DNA of 64,000 nucleotides from NCBI GenBank assembly GCA_963848295.1, contig CAWKDB010000001.1:1-64000 (forward strand), in the 5' to 3' direction. The translations under genes and the position numbers were made by a program. Positions 1 through 10,117 of the stretch are shown here, piece after piece. The notes beneath the pieces were generated by a model. That model saw only the letters and a list, made by a program, of their open reading frames with translations, was not told the origin of the DNA and searched no databases. Position 1 is the stretch's first letter. Each line of letters begins with the position of its first letter. Source of the DNA: an uncultured delta proteobacterium (GTDB lineage: Bacteria > Myxococcota_A > Polyangia > Haliangiales > Haliangiaceae).

Positions 1-1
1 C

Positions 2-1009
2 GCCGCGTGCCACCACGACCCGCCGGCTCGCCGCGAGGTGCTCGCGCGCCTGCCGGGCGCGGCCGATCTCGTGGTCGTGGCCGACGGTCGCGCGCTCGCG
101 GATCCGGCCTTGCGCCCGCTGATCGATGCGCTGCGTCCCGGGCTGCCCGAGCGGTTCGGCTGCGTGCTCGAGGTCGCGCTCGCGTCCGAGGTCGTCGGCT
201 TGACCTCGGACCACGCGACCGGTGTCACGCTCGTGATCGCCGGGAACGCGGCACCTCATCATTGCAACGCGCTGTCCGAGATCGCGCCCGGCCTATGGTC
301 GGCGACGATCGGGGCCGGAGCTCCGGTCGCGACCCGCGAGACGTCGGTCGCCGTCGATCCGCGGTGGCAACGCGCGCGCAGCTATCTCGAGACCGCGCCG
401 ATCGCGCTCGCCGCGTCGTCGGAGGGTCGCGATCTGATCGGCGCGTTGCGGCCGACCCCATTCTCGGCCTGGCTCACGATCGACGCGCGCGATGCCGATC
501 AGGTCGAGCTCGTCGCGCGCACCGCGGTCGCCGGCATGCCGAGCACCCATATCGATCACAACGGCGATCAGATCACGCTCAGCGTCGAGGGCAGCGATCG
601 CGAGACCGTGATGAAGGCGCTGCAACAGGTCGCGGTACGCAAGGTGTGGCGCGCGTTCGAATCGGCGCCGGTGCGGGTCGCGAGCGACGACGAGTTTCGC
701 TGCCCGGCGGACGACCCCGACATCGTGACCTGCGAAGGCGAGCGCGTCACCGTGCGCACGCTGCACGCCGTGATCATGGATCTCGCCGCGACGGCCTCGG
801 CGCCCGTCGTCGATGGTGGCGACGTGATCGGCCTCCGGCTGGTCAGCGACGGGCCGATCGGGCTGCGCCGCGGGGACGTCGTGATGGCGCTCGGCGCGAC
901 CCGGGTGGCGAATCGCGCCGACTTTGCGTTGTCGGGGACGGCGCGGACGATCACGCTGGCCGTCCGCCGCGGGGCACGTGATTTGATTCTCGACCTCGTC
1001 CAGGAATAG
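2..1009 (+). CDS. Hypothetical lipoprotein, 5'-truncated, possible C-terminal PDZ-like region
   Basis: Frame of ORF 38..1009 is open to the window edge and reads AACHHDP (lipobox-like). C-terminal 'IGLRRGDVVMALG' resembles a PDZ GLxxGDxI motif. Confidence 0.55.
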   Translation, partial: AACHHDPPARREVLARLPGAADLVVVADGRALADPALRPLIDALRPGLPERFGCVLEVALASEVVGLTSDHATGVTLVIAGNAAPHHCNALSEIAPGLWSATIGAGAPVATRETSVAVDPRWQRARSYLETAPIALAASSEGRDLIGALRPTPFSAWLTIDARDADQVELVARTAVAGMPSTHIDHNGDQITLSVEGSDRETVMKALQQVAVRKVWRAFESAPVRVASDDEFRCPADDPDIVTCEGERVTVRTLHAVIMDLAATASAPVVDGGDVIGLRLVSDGPIGLRRGDVVMALGATRVANRADFALSGTARTITLAVRRGARDLILDLVQE

Positions 1010-1043
1010 CCAATCTCTCCGGTTCGTTGCATGATGGGCCGCC

Positions 1044-2384
1044 ATGCGTAAGCTCCTCACCGCCGCCCTTGTCATCGCGGCGTGCCACGGCAACGATCCA
1101 GCCACCGGCGGTGCCGGCTCGGCAGGTAGTGCTCCGCAGACCACTCCGTCGACGAAGACGGCCCCCGGCTCGGCAAGCGCCGGCTCGGATCAGCCGGTCA
1201 CGGCGGGCTCGGGCTCGAGCGCGCCCGTCGCCGACAAGGCGCCGCCACCGGCGCCCAAGCCCGCCGACTCGACACCGCAAGCCCCGATCGCCGATGGCGG
1301 GCACGACTTCACCGCCGAGGGCAAAGCGCTGCTCGCGGTCGGAGCGTGCGGCGATGTCCCGGCGCCGGACGGCTTCGACAAAGCCGCGCTCGCCGAGCAC
1401 TGCGAGATCATCAAGAAGGCGCAGGACGACTACGCCGAGAAATGGGTCAAGCCCGCGAGCGAGTTCTTCGCGGTGCACGTGCCGAAGGACATCCCGAAGA
1501 ACGTCATCTACCCGTTCGCGGGCGGCGACTTCTCCACCGCACTGACGGTGTTCCCCGACGCCGATCTGATCACGACGATGTCGCTCGAGCCGTCTGGCGA
1601 TCCGCGCACGCTCGATGCGCTCAAGGGCAACGAGCTCCTCCACGCGCTCAAGAAGGTCGAGTACGAGCTCAAGTTTCTCTACCGCGTGAACTTCAGCAAC
1701 ACGCAAAACATGATCGATGCGATGCGCGGCGGCGCGTTGCCGACCGAGCTGATCTTCGCGCTGTCGGCGCTCAAGATTCACGGCTACGAGCTCGTCAAGC
1801 TGCGCTACTTCTCGCTCGATCCCGACGGCTCGGTGAAGTATCTCGACGACGACGATCTGAAGAAGGCGCCAGATCCGACGAAGGCGACCGCGCAGAAACG
1901 CAACTGGCTGTTCGCGAACGCGGAGATTCAGTACAAGAAGCCGAACGGGCGGATCCAGGTCTATCGCCACATCCGGGCGAACCTCGGCAACGACGACAGC
2001 AAGGGCATCGGCACCGGGCTCAAGAGGGATCCGCGCGTCGTGAAGTACCTCGAGGCGATGGGGCCGGTCGCGGCGATGACGAAGGCGGCGAGCTATTTGT
2101 TGTCGTGGGAATCGTTCTCGATCATGCGCGACTATCTGACGAGCCACGTCGTGTGGATGGTCTCCGACGCCACGGGAGTTGCGCCGAAGTGGGGCAAGCC
2201 CGCAGGCTACGAATACGAGACCTACGGCGAGTTCGTCGGGCCGCATATCCCGGCAGGCAATGGCATCGCGAAGGATTGGCGAACCGAGTTCGAGAGCGAA
2301 CCGAAGCGAGAGCTATCGTTTCGGTTCGGCTATTACGACAAGCACAACGCGAATCACTTGATCATCATGCGCAAGAAGAGCTAG
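1044..2384 (+). CDS. Conserved hypothetical lipoprotein with Pro/Ser-rich linker
   Basis: MRKLL...IAAC lipobox, low-complexity linker, then a globular domain (VIYPFAGGDF); typical codon usage. Confidence 0.75.
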   Translation: MRKLLTAALVIAACHGNDPATGGAGSAGSAPQTTPSTKTAPGSASAGSDQPVTAGSGSSAPVADKAPPPAPKPADSTPQAPIADGGHDFTAEGKALLAVGACGDVPAPDGFDKAALAEHCEIIKKAQDDYAEKWVKPASEFFAVHVPKDIPKNVIYPFAGGDFSTALTVFPDADLITTMSLEPSGDPRTLDALKGNELLHALKKVEYELKFLYRVNFSNTQNMIDAMRGGALPTELIFALSALKIHGYELVKLRYFSLDPDGSVKYLDDDDLKKAPDPTKATAQKRNWLFANAEIQYKKPNGRIQVYRHIRANLGNDDSKGIGTGLKRDPRVVKYLEAMGPVAAMTKAASYLLSWESFSIMRDYLTSHVVWMVSDATGVAPKWGKPAGYEYETYGEFVGPHIPAGNGIAKDWRTEFESEPKRELSFRFGYYDKHNANHLIIMRKKS

Positions 2385-2514
2385 CGCGTTCGCGACCGAC
2401 GTCGTCCGACGCTGTACGACACGTCGCACATTCGGCGCGCGATCGACGCGTGGCGAATGAAAATGATCTCGGCGCGCGGCGATCGCACGCGCCGGTTCGT
2501 CTAGCATCTGAAGC

Positions 2515-3474
2515 ATGGTGGCCGCGGTGTGTCCTCGTTGTGGCTGCGGCGTAGCGCTCCACGAGGGTCGGCCGGTGATCACCGCGAGTGGTGCGGTCGA
2601 GCTGTGGCACGCGTGCTGTCAGTTACTCGGCCCGGTTGTCGTCGACCGCGCCAGACGGCCCGCCGCGATCGCGGTCGAGCCGATCGTTATTCCGTGGGCC
2701 GGCACTCGTCGGCGCGCGCCGCATCGCGGGGCGATCGCCGGCGCGAGCGCCGCCATGGTCGCGCTGGTCGCGGCGCGACTCGCCTCGTCGAATGCGCAGA
2801 TCGGGTCGGTGCCAGTCGCGTGCCTCGACATCGACGAGCCCGAGCCGGTGTCCGCGCGAGCGCACGGCATCGAGCGCGAAGGCATTCCGCCGCGCCCCCC
2901 AGAGCCGACGCCGGCCGAGCGCTACCCGATTCCCGAGGTCGACACGGTCGCGCTCGATGAACAATACCCGTCGCTGCACACCTGGATTCATCCGGTGATC
3001 GGGAGCGCGGAGCAGGTCCCCGCGCAGCAGAGCCGGCTGTTCGGCGCCGAGCGCCGAGGCGTCACGCGGACCGAATGCGGCGCGGGCCATTGCGGCATCG
3101 ATCTCGACGGGCCGCGCGGTCGCCCGATCGTAGCGGTCGCCAGTGGCGTCGCCGTTCGCGTCGAGCGTCACGAGCTCGGGCTCGATGGGCGCAGCGGTCG
3201 CTACGTCCGGATCGAGCACGATGACGGCGTGCTGACCGCATACATGCATCTCGATGACGTCGCGACCGACTTGCACGTCGGTGATCACGTCACGGCCGGC
3301 CAGTACCTCGGCACCCTCGGAGCATCGGCGGTCTACCAGTCCGTGCCGCACTTGCACTTCTCGCTCGAATTGCCGAACCAGCCGGGTCGCCACGGTGACA
3401 ACACCGAGACCCACTACATCGATCCCGCGCCGTTCCTGGCGAGAGCCTCGATAGCCAGCGCCCCCGTGCGCTGA
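2515..3474 (+). CDS. M23 family metallopeptidase
   Basis: HCGID (HxxxD), YMHL and PHLHF (HxH) motifs; one hydrophobic segment; TAGCAT 7 nt upstream of ATG. Confidence 0.85.
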   Translation: MVAAVCPRCGCGVALHEGRPVITASGAVELWHACCQLLGPVVVDRARRPAAIAVEPIVIPWAGTRRRAPHRGAIAGASAAMVALVAARLASSNAQIGSVPVACLDIDEPEPVSARAHGIEREGIPPRPPEPTPAERYPIPEVDTVALDEQYPSLHTWIHPVIGSAEQVPAQQSRLFGAERRGVTRTECGAGHCGIDLDGPRGRPIVAVASGVAVRVERHELGLDGRSGRYVRIEHDDGVLTAYMHLDDVATDLHVGDHVTAGQYLGTLGASAVYQSVPHLHFSLELPNQPGRHGDNTETHYIDPAPFLARASIASAPVR

Positions 3475-3477
3475 ACC

Positions 3478-3567
3478 GGGGACGGAGGAAGCTCTGCCAA
3501 CCGGCGCTGCGGCCGAGACGCGAGCGGATCCGAGCTCTGGCGTGGGGACGGAGGAATCTCTGTCAAC
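3478..3567 (+). repeat. Doublet of 24-bp direct repeats, 42-nt spacer
   Basis: GGGGACGGAGGAAGCTCTGCCAAC (3478-3501) and GGGGACGGAGGAATCTCTGTCAAC (3544-3567). Confidence 0.85.
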
Positions 3568-3613
3568 TTGCCCGGCGGGCGCGGGACGAGCGCGTTCGGA
3601 GTAAGCTGCGGCT

Positions 3614-4345
3614 GTGTCGAGTCGGGAGGACTGGATGCGAAAGCTCGGACCGCTCTACGGCGGAGCGGTCGCGCTCGTGCATTCGACGCCGTGGCGATGG
3701 CCGCTCGACATCGGTGACGAGGCGCGCTCGCCCGGCTGGATCGTCGCGATCGCGCTGCCGATCGGGTTTTGCGCCTGGCTCGTCGCGGCATTGGCGCGCG
3801 CCGCCGGAATCCCGAGCTCCGTCGCGGGCACCCTCGGGATGGCGGGCCTGTCGCTCGCGTCGGCGGCGCTGATCGAGCGCGGCGTGGCGGAGAGGGTCGA
3901 CGCGTGGCAACGCGAATCGCACAGTCCTGGCGTCGCCGCGATCCTCGCGCTCGTGTTCACGACGCTGGTCCGCGTCGTCGCGTTCATCGCGCTACCGCCG
4001 GAGCGCTGGCTCGCCGTGCTGGTAACAACCGCGGTCGTAGGGCGGTGGGCTGCGGTATTCTTGCAGGCGCTTGGTGATCCGATCCTCGACGATCATTCGC
4101 CGCGCTCCCTCGTGGCGAACCCGTCGCCGGTCTGGCTGACCGTGTTGCTCAGCGCCGGAGCGCTCGTCGTGGCGGTGCTCGCGCTCGGTAAAGGTGGCCT
4201 GGCCGCCGTAGCGATCACCGCAGCGATAGCGTTCGTGCTCGGCGTGGATGCGCAGCGCCGCGACCACGGTTTGACTGCACCGGTCGTCGCGATGGCGGCG
4301 GCAGCGGGTGAGCTGTGCATCTTGCTCGTCGCTTGCGCGGAGTAG
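3614..4345 (+). CDS. CobS-like (cobalamin synthase fold) multi-pass membrane protein, divergent
   Basis: About 7 TM segments with CobS-like layout (AVVGRWA; terminal 'HGLTAPVVAMAAAAGEL' resembles GGxTGDxxGAxxE) but without the H-x-D-G-L-x-D-x-x-D motif; TAAGCT 6 nt before GTG. Confidence 0.55.
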   Translation: MSSREDWMRKLGPLYGGAVALVHSTPWRWPLDIGDEARSPGWIVAIALPIGFCAWLVAALARAAGIPSSVAGTLGMAGLSLASAALIERGVAERVDAWQRESHSPGVAAILALVFTTLVRVVAFIALPPERWLAVLVTTAVVGRWAAVFLQALGDPILDDHSPRSLVANPSPVWLTVLLSAGALVVAVLALGKGGLAAVAITAAIAFVLGVDAQRRDHGLTAPVVAMAAAAGELCILLVACAE

Positions 4346-4348
4346 CAA

Positions 4349-4447
4349 AGTGACAAAAGAGACAGCGTCCCCAGCCACAGTCGAACGATTCCCGCGACTT
4401 TCGCGTGCGCCGGCGCAGCGCAAGTTGACAAAAGAGACAGCGTCACC
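4349..4447 (-). repeat. Doublet of 24-bp direct repeats, same family as 3478-3567, reverse orientation
   Basis: AGTGACAAAAGAGACAGCGTCCCC (4349-4372) and GTTGACAAAAGAGACAGCGTCACC (4424-4447); reverse complement of the second copy is GGTGACG-N8-TTTGTCAAC. Confidence 0.8.
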
Positions 4448-4461
4448 CTAGCCGGCGGGTA

Positions 4462-5314
4462 TCAGCCCGGCCAGTGGTCGTCCGCAGGCACGAACGGGAC
4501 CATCTTCGCGCGTAGCGCCCGGGGCACGCGCGCATCGAGGATCGCGGCCACTTCGCCGGGGCGATAGAGCTGCGAGCAGTGCATCAGCACGATGTGCTCG
4601 TTCTCGAAGTGTGGTGCGCGCTCGATCAGGTCGTCGAGGTGGATGTGACAGCCCGCACGAGCCGCGTCTAGCGACTTGCGGGCATCGAGAAAGGTGCACT
4701 CGATGATCAACACGCGTGCGGTCAGCAGCTCGGGAGAATGATCGAGCACGGTCGCGAGCGTGTCGGTCGCGTACGCGACTTCGAGGTGCTCGCGATGCTC
4801 GGCCACGACCTCACCGGCGCGGCGACGCGCCGCGATTTCGGTGCCGGGTAAGCCGACGAGATCGTCTTTGAGCTTCGCCACTTTGCGCACGAACACGTAG
4901 CCGAGCGACGGGACCGGGTGAAACGTGCGGACCGCGCGGAGCAGCAGGTCTCCGCGCAGCGCGAGCTCGTCGCCGGGCGCCATGCCGATCGCCTCGATCT
5001 CCAGCGGAAAGCGCTGGAGCTTGCACAGCGCGGCGAGCGCGATGCGCAGATCGTCGACGATCTCGATCGGCATTACGACGCGCGGCGGCTTGGTCTTGCC
5101 GTGCAGCGCGCGAATGCCGAGCAGAGCGGGCAGGGCGCCGACATGATCGGCGTGGCCGTGCGACAGCACGATCGTGTCGGTCGCGCCGAACGAGCGCAGC
5201 GGAATGCCGGCGTCGAGTAGGACGCCCGAGCTCGGGGACCGACAGCGACGTGTACACGCCGCCGACCGAAACGCCGCGCACGGTGTACGGCCCGGCCGTC
5301 ACGGTCGTGAGCAT
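4462..5314 (-). CDS. MBL-fold metallohydrolase, RNase Z-like; apparent frameshift at ~5225
   Basis: N-terminus MLTTVTAGPY...VPELG (ATG 5314) joins VLLDAG...SHGHADH after removing one C at 5225-5227; also FHPVPSLGY, ATDT, IECTF, CHIH and LMHCS motifs. Confidence 0.8.
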
Positions 5315-5379
5315 CGCTCGCAGTGTACTGCCGCGGGCCAGCCCGGTGGCCGGGCCCGGTGATAGACTGATCCGCGCAC

Positions 5380-6784
5380 ATGGTCTTGTACTCGTTCCTC
5401 GCCGCGTTGGCGGTGCTGTTCCTGCTCTCGGTCGCGCTGCCGGTGCCACGCCGGATCTGGGCGTTCTCGATCTACACGTCGAAGTACTTCTGGATGTGGA
5501 TCGGTGACGTGCTCGGCATCCGCAGGCTGATCTTCAAGCTCGGCGGTCGCGGCGACAAGTACACCAAGCTCACTCGGCCGATGATGCTGCGCATGTTCTG
5601 CGAGGATCTCGGCCCGACCTTCATCAAGTTCGGCCAGATCATCGCGTCGTCGTCCGGGATGTTCCCGGACCGCTACGTCAAAGAGTTCCAACGCGTGCTC
5701 GATCGCGTCAAGCCGTTTCCGTTCGCGGATGTCATGCGCACGCTCGACGAAGAGCTCGGAGCCGAGAAAGCGGCGCACCTCATCGATATCGAGCCGAAGC
5801 AGCTCGCGTCCGCGTCGATCGCGCAGGTTCATACCGCGAAGCTTCGCGACGGCACGCTCGTGGTCATCAAGGTCCAGCGCCCGGGGATCATTCCGCGCTG
5901 CATGGCCGACATGAAGATCATGCGGTTCGTCGCGAAGGTCGTGACCCGGTTCAAGCGCGACGCAGAGCTCGCGAACCCGGTCGGCATCGTCGACGATTTC
6001 ACGAAGACGCTGAGCGAGGAGCTCGACTTCCGCACCGAGGCGGCGAACCTCGATCGGTTCAACGAGATCATGCGCGAGCTCGGCCACACGAACATCCGTG
6101 CGCCGGTGCCCCACCAGGAGTACACGACGCGCAAGGTGCTCGTGATGGAGCGGTTCCGCGGTCTGCGCGTCGATGCCTTCGAGGAGATCAAGGCGCGCGG
6201 CATCGACGGCGAAGGCAAGCTCGTCGACTGGCCTACGTGCCTGGTTCCAGTGCGTCGTGTTTTACGGGTTCTTCCACGGCGACGTTCATGCCGGGAATCT
6301 GATGTTGCTCGACGACGACACGATCGGCTTCCTCGATTTCGGCATCGTGGGTCGGTTCGACGACAAAGAGCGCTACCTCGTCACCGACTACATGATCGCG
6401 TTCGCGTCGGGTAACTACAAACGGCTGGCCGAGATCATCTGCGAGATGGGCGGCACGCCGGCGGGGCTCGATATGGACAAGTTCGTCGCCGATCTCGGCG
6501 AGACCTACAGTCCGCTGCTCAAACTGTCGTTCGGCGAGGTCAACTACGCCGAGTTCTTCCCCGGCATCCAACGCACCGCGACCCGTCACAAGATCATGAT
6601 GCCGAACGCGTTCATCTTGATCACGAAGCAGCTGCTTTACTTCGATCGCTATGCGAAGTCGCTCGCGCCGAAGCTCAACGTCTTCACCGATCCGCGCCTC
6701 GTACTCGGCATGATGGGGGACATCCAGAAGGCGCGAATGATGGCGGACGCGCAGAAGTCGCAGAGCGCGCAAGCCAGCTCGTAA
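5380..6784 (+). CDS. ABC1/UbiB (AarF) atypical kinase; apparent frameshift at ~6226
   Basis: [26 protein letters not shown] and ELDFRTEA in the first frame; FHGDVHAGN and LDFG in the second frame. Confidence 0.85.
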
Positions 6785-7227
6785 TGGCGGAGGTGCTCGT
6801 CGGCTTCCTATCTGCGGCTGAAGTCGCCGGGCTGCGCGCGCTCGAATCGCAAGCCGGCTGGAAGCCCGGCCGCCAAGCCACCGGTTACGACATCCTGCCG
6901 CTGCCGCGCGTCCGCGAGGCACTGGTCGCGCGCGCTCTCTCGCACATCGGGGCGCCGTTCGAGGACTTCTGGGACGTCTACTTGATCCGCTACAGCGACG
7001 GATCGTTCATCCCACCCCACCGCGACCCGGCCGAGCACGGACGGCAACATCGTCGGCTGAACGCATTGTTGACGCCGGCACATAGCGGCGGTGATCTGAC
7101 GATCGACGGCCACCGCATCGAGCTCGCGATCGGCGACGCCGTGTTGTTCGAGCCCGATCGCGAGACTCATGAAGTCTCGCGCGTCGTCGGCTCGCGTTTG
7201 CTGTTCTCGGTCGGCGCCTGGGTCTAA
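6784..7227 (+). CDS. 2OG-Fe(II) oxygenase
   Basis: PHRD (HxD), GGDL, distal H (THEV) and R; TAATG overlap with the upstream gene. Confidence 0.8.
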   Translation: MAEVLVGFLSAAEVAGLRALESQAGWKPGRQATGYDILPLPRVREALVARALSHIGAPFEDFWDVYLIRYSDGSFIPPHRDPAEHGRQHRRLNALLTPAHSGGDLTIDGHRIELAIGDAVLFEPDRETHEVSRVVGSRLLFSVGAWV

Positions 7228-7233
7228 ATTTAG

Positions 7234-7617
7234 CTACCGAAACCGGTCGTCGAGGTTGCCGTGGCGCGGCTGCTTCTCCGCTCGGCTATCACCGAGATAG
7301 CGCAGGAACAGCGTGAGGTAGTCGGCTTGGCCGGCATCGAGCGGCCGGAACGCGATGCCGATCTGATGGGCATCATCGAGCGGCGTGCACCATACGACGC
7401 GGCCCGGGATGCTCAGCGCCTCCGACTGCATGTCGTCATCGAACACCAGCACGATGTCGGTATCGACGTCGGCGCCGAACGGGATCGGATCGGCGCATAG
7501 CGCGCACAGGCCGCCGCGCGACAAGTTGCGAGTCCGGCCCTGGATCGCCGCCCCGTCGACGCGAAACGTGACCGCGGCCTCGTGGGCATAACGTGGGTGC
7601 TCGCGATCGCGACTCAC
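7234..7617 (-). CDS. PilZ domain protein (c-di-GMP binding)
   Basis: REHPR (RxxxR) and NLSRGG (NxSxxG); probable GTG start at 7617. Confidence 0.85.
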   Translation of the reverse strand: MSRDREHPRYAHEAAVTFRVDGAAIQGRTRNLSRGGLCALCADPIPFGADVDTDIVLVFDDDMQSEALSIPGRVVWCTPLDDAHQIGIAFRPLDAGQADYLTLFLRYLGDSRAEKQPRHGNLDDRFR

Positions 7618-7621
7618 TCCG

Positions 7622-8260
7622 CTAGAGCTTGGCCGGCGGCGCAGAGGCTGGCAAGTTTCCGGAGAACCAGCCATCGGTGAGTGCGTCCAACCGGTCGCGC
7701 GCCTCGTCGGCGATCCAGCGCCAGCGGTTGTCATCTCCGGCGGCCGCAACTGCCCGCCGCCAATCGTAATACGCGCGGATCACGAGGTCCGCGACCCGCC
7801 GCTTTTCGCGCCTGCGACCGGCTTGGATCTGCGACGCCCGCATCTCGTTCGGGTCGAATGCGAGCCGGTCGAGGTGCCAGGTCGCGCTGATGTCGAAGAT
7901 CGAGACGTAAGCGACGGTCGGATCGGAGATGTCGTGCCATGTCGCGTCGCTGCCGTCGCGCACGGTCACCCATGGGACGAGGCTAGCGAGCCGAGCTCGG
8001 CGGCTCCAGCCGATCGTCGGATCGCGATCGAGCCCGGCGGTGCGGTACGCCGCAGCGAGCAGCGCTTTCGTCGCTGGGCCGCGCGGCACTTGGGCAGCCG
8101 GCGTCGCCGCATCGATCTGCGCCGTTGGCTCGAGTGCGGGCTCGGTGGTCTCCGCATCATCGGCCGAGTCCGCCGGCTCTCTCGGGTCGGCTATCGGTGC
8201 AGCGATCGCGCGCCCGACGAGCGCCACCAGTAACGCGAAGATCGCGACCGCGATCAGCCA
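7622..8260 (-). CDS. Hypothetical secreted protein, weakly TolC/outer-membrane-efflux-like; start uncertain
   Basis: Last part of ORF 7622..10120 has a signal-like segment (WLIAVAIFALLVALVGRAIA) and a folded domain (ATWHLDRLAF...LDALTDGWF); no clear in-frame ATG. Confidence 0.55.
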   Translation of the reverse strand, partial: WLIAVAIFALLVALVGRAIAAPIADPREPADSADDAETTEPALEPTAQIDAATPAAQVPRGPATKALLAAAYRTAGLDRDPTIGWSRRARLASLVPWVTVRDGSDATWHDISDPTVAYVSIFDISATWHLDRLAFDPNEMRASQIQAGRRREKRRVADLVIRAYYDWRRAVAAAGDDNRWRWIADEARDRLDALTDGWFSGNLPASAPPAKL

Positions 8261-8311
8261 TCGCCCGGGCGGTCGGTTGCGCGCCCGTGCTGCGGATCGT
8301 ACGGTGCGAAT

Positions 8312-10117
8312 ATGCCGGCGCCGCTCACCGCTAACGCGCTCGCTGTCTTGCGCGCGCGCTATCTCGCACGCGCGGACGGTGTCCTCGTGGAGACGCCGGA
8401 GCAGATGTTCCGCCGGGTCGCCGTTCATATAGCGAACGTCGAGGGCGGTTCCACCGAACACAAAGCTGCCGTCGCTATCCGGTTCGAACGGATGATGACC
8501 AGTCTCGAGTTCCTGCCCAACTCGCCGACTCTCATGAATGCGGGCCGCCCACTCGGCCAGCTCGCGGCGTGCTTCGTCGTCCCCGTCGACGACTCCACCA
8601 CCGGCGTGTTCGAAGCGGTGCGCTGGGCTGCCGAAATCCAGAAGACCGGCGGCGGCACCGGCTTCTCGTTCTCCCGGCTGCGCCCGGCCGGGGATCTCGT
8701 CGCCTCCACCGGCGGCCATGCCTCCGGCCCGGTGTCGCTCATGCAGGTGTTCGACGTAGCGACCGAAGCGATCAAACAAGGCGGCACCCGGCGCGGCGCC
8801 AACATGGGGATGTTGCGCGTCGATCACCCCGATGTGCTCGAGTTCATCGCGCTCAAGCTCGATCCGACCCGGATGCGCAACTTCAACCTGTCGGTCGCGG
8901 TGACCGACGCCTTCATGGCCGCCGCGGCCGCCGGCGAGAGCTACGAGCTGGTCAATCCGCGCACCGGCAAGCCCGTCGGGACGCTCAGCGCCCGCCGGGT
9001 GCTCGACGCGATCGCGAATGCCGCGTGGGCCGTGGGCGACCCCGGCATGGTGTTCATCGATCGGGTCAATCAACTCCAGCCCACGCCTTTGCTCGGCATG
9101 ATCGAGGCGACGAACCCCTGCGGCGAGCAGCCCTTGCTGCCGTTCGAGTCGTGCACGCTCGGCTCGATCGATGTCGGGCGATTCGTGGTCGGGGACTCCC
9201 TCGATTGGCCGCGGTTGCGCGAGGCGATCCGTGACGGCGTGCGGTTCCTCGATGACGTGATCGACGCGAACCGCTATCCGCTTCCCGAGATCGAACGCGC
9301 GACCAAGGCCACTCGCAAGATCGGCCTCGGCATCATGGGCTGGGCCGACGCGCTCGCCGCCCTCGACGTCGCGTACGACGATCCCGCTGCGCTCGCGCTC
9401 GCCGAGAAAATCGCGGCGTTCCTCGAGGACGAATCGCTCGAAGCGTCGCGCGCTCTCGCGGCCGAGCGCGGGCCATTCCCGGCGTGGCGCGGGTCGCGCT
9501 GGTTCACGTCCGATCAGCGGCCCCTGCGCAACGCCACCACGACGACGATCGCCCCGACCGGCACGATCAGCATCATCGCCGGCTGCGCCAGCGGGATCGA
9601 GCCACTCTATGCGCTCGCATACCGCCGTAACGTCCTCGACGGCGCCGAGCTCGTGGAGGTCAATCCGAGCTTCATGCAGATCGCCGGGGACCGCGGGTTC
9701 GGCTCGCCGGCCCTGTTCGATGCGCTCGCGATCGCCGGAGGCATCCGCGGTCGCAGCGATGTTCCCGCCGACATCCAACGCCGGTTCCCGACCGCGCACG
9801 AGATCGACATCGCGACGCATGTCCGCATGCAGGCCGCCTTCCAGCGTCACGTCCACGCCGCCGTCAGCAAGACGATCAACCTCCGGCGCGACGCCACGCC
9901 GTCCGATGTCAAAGCTGCGTACGAGCTCGCGTACGAGCTGGGTTGCAAGGGAATCACCGTGTACCGGGACGGCAGCCGCGATGGCCAAGTGTTGGTCACC
10001 GGTGCGCGCAGTGCGGTCGTCGATCGCGCTGCTCGCTGTCCCGAATGCGGAGCGGTGTTGATCGAGCAAGCTCGGTGTCAGCTGTGTCGGACGTGCGGTT
10101 GGTCGGTCTGCAATTGA
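8312..10117 (+). CDS. nrdJ: Class II (adenosylcobalamin-dependent) ribonucleotide reductase
   Basis: FLPNSPTLMNAG, ACFV, GGGTG, RRGANM, ATNPCGEQ (thiyl-radical Cys), TIAPTGTIS, SKTIN, KGITVYRDGSR and a C-terminal Cys cluster. Confidence 0.95.
   Translation: MPAPLTANALAVLRARYLARADGVLVETPEQMFRRVAVHIANVEGGSTEHKAAVAIRFERMMTSLEFLPNSPTLMNAGRPLGQLAACFVVPVDDSTTGVFEAVRWAAEIQKTGGGTGFSFSRLRPAGDLVASTGGHASGPVSLMQVFDVATEAIKQGGTRRGANMGMLRVDHPDVLEFIALKLDPTRMRNFNLSVAVTDAFMAAAAAGESYELVNPRTGKPVGTLSARRVLDAIANAAWAVGDPGMVFIDRVNQLQPTPLLGMIEATNPCGEQPLLPFESCTLGSIDVGRFVVGDSLDWPRLREAIRDGVRFLDDVIDANRYPLPEIERATKATRKIGLGIMGWADALAALDVAYDDPAALALAEKIAAFLEDESLEASRALAAERGPFPAWRGSRWFTSDQRPLRNATTTTIAPTGTISIIAGCASGIEPLYALAYRRNVLDGAELVEVNPSFMQIAGDRGFGSPALFDALAIAGGIRGRSDVPADIQRRFPTAHEIDIATHVRMQAAFQRHVHAAVSKTINLRRDATPSDVKAAYELAYELGCKGITVYRDGSRDGQVLVTGARSAVVDRAARCPECGAVLIEQARCQLCRTCGWSVCN

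Noticed and set aside
8200..8311. Cobalamin riboswitch or NrdR box upstream of nrdJ
   Set aside because: No recognisable motif, and the gene appears leaderless with no room for one.
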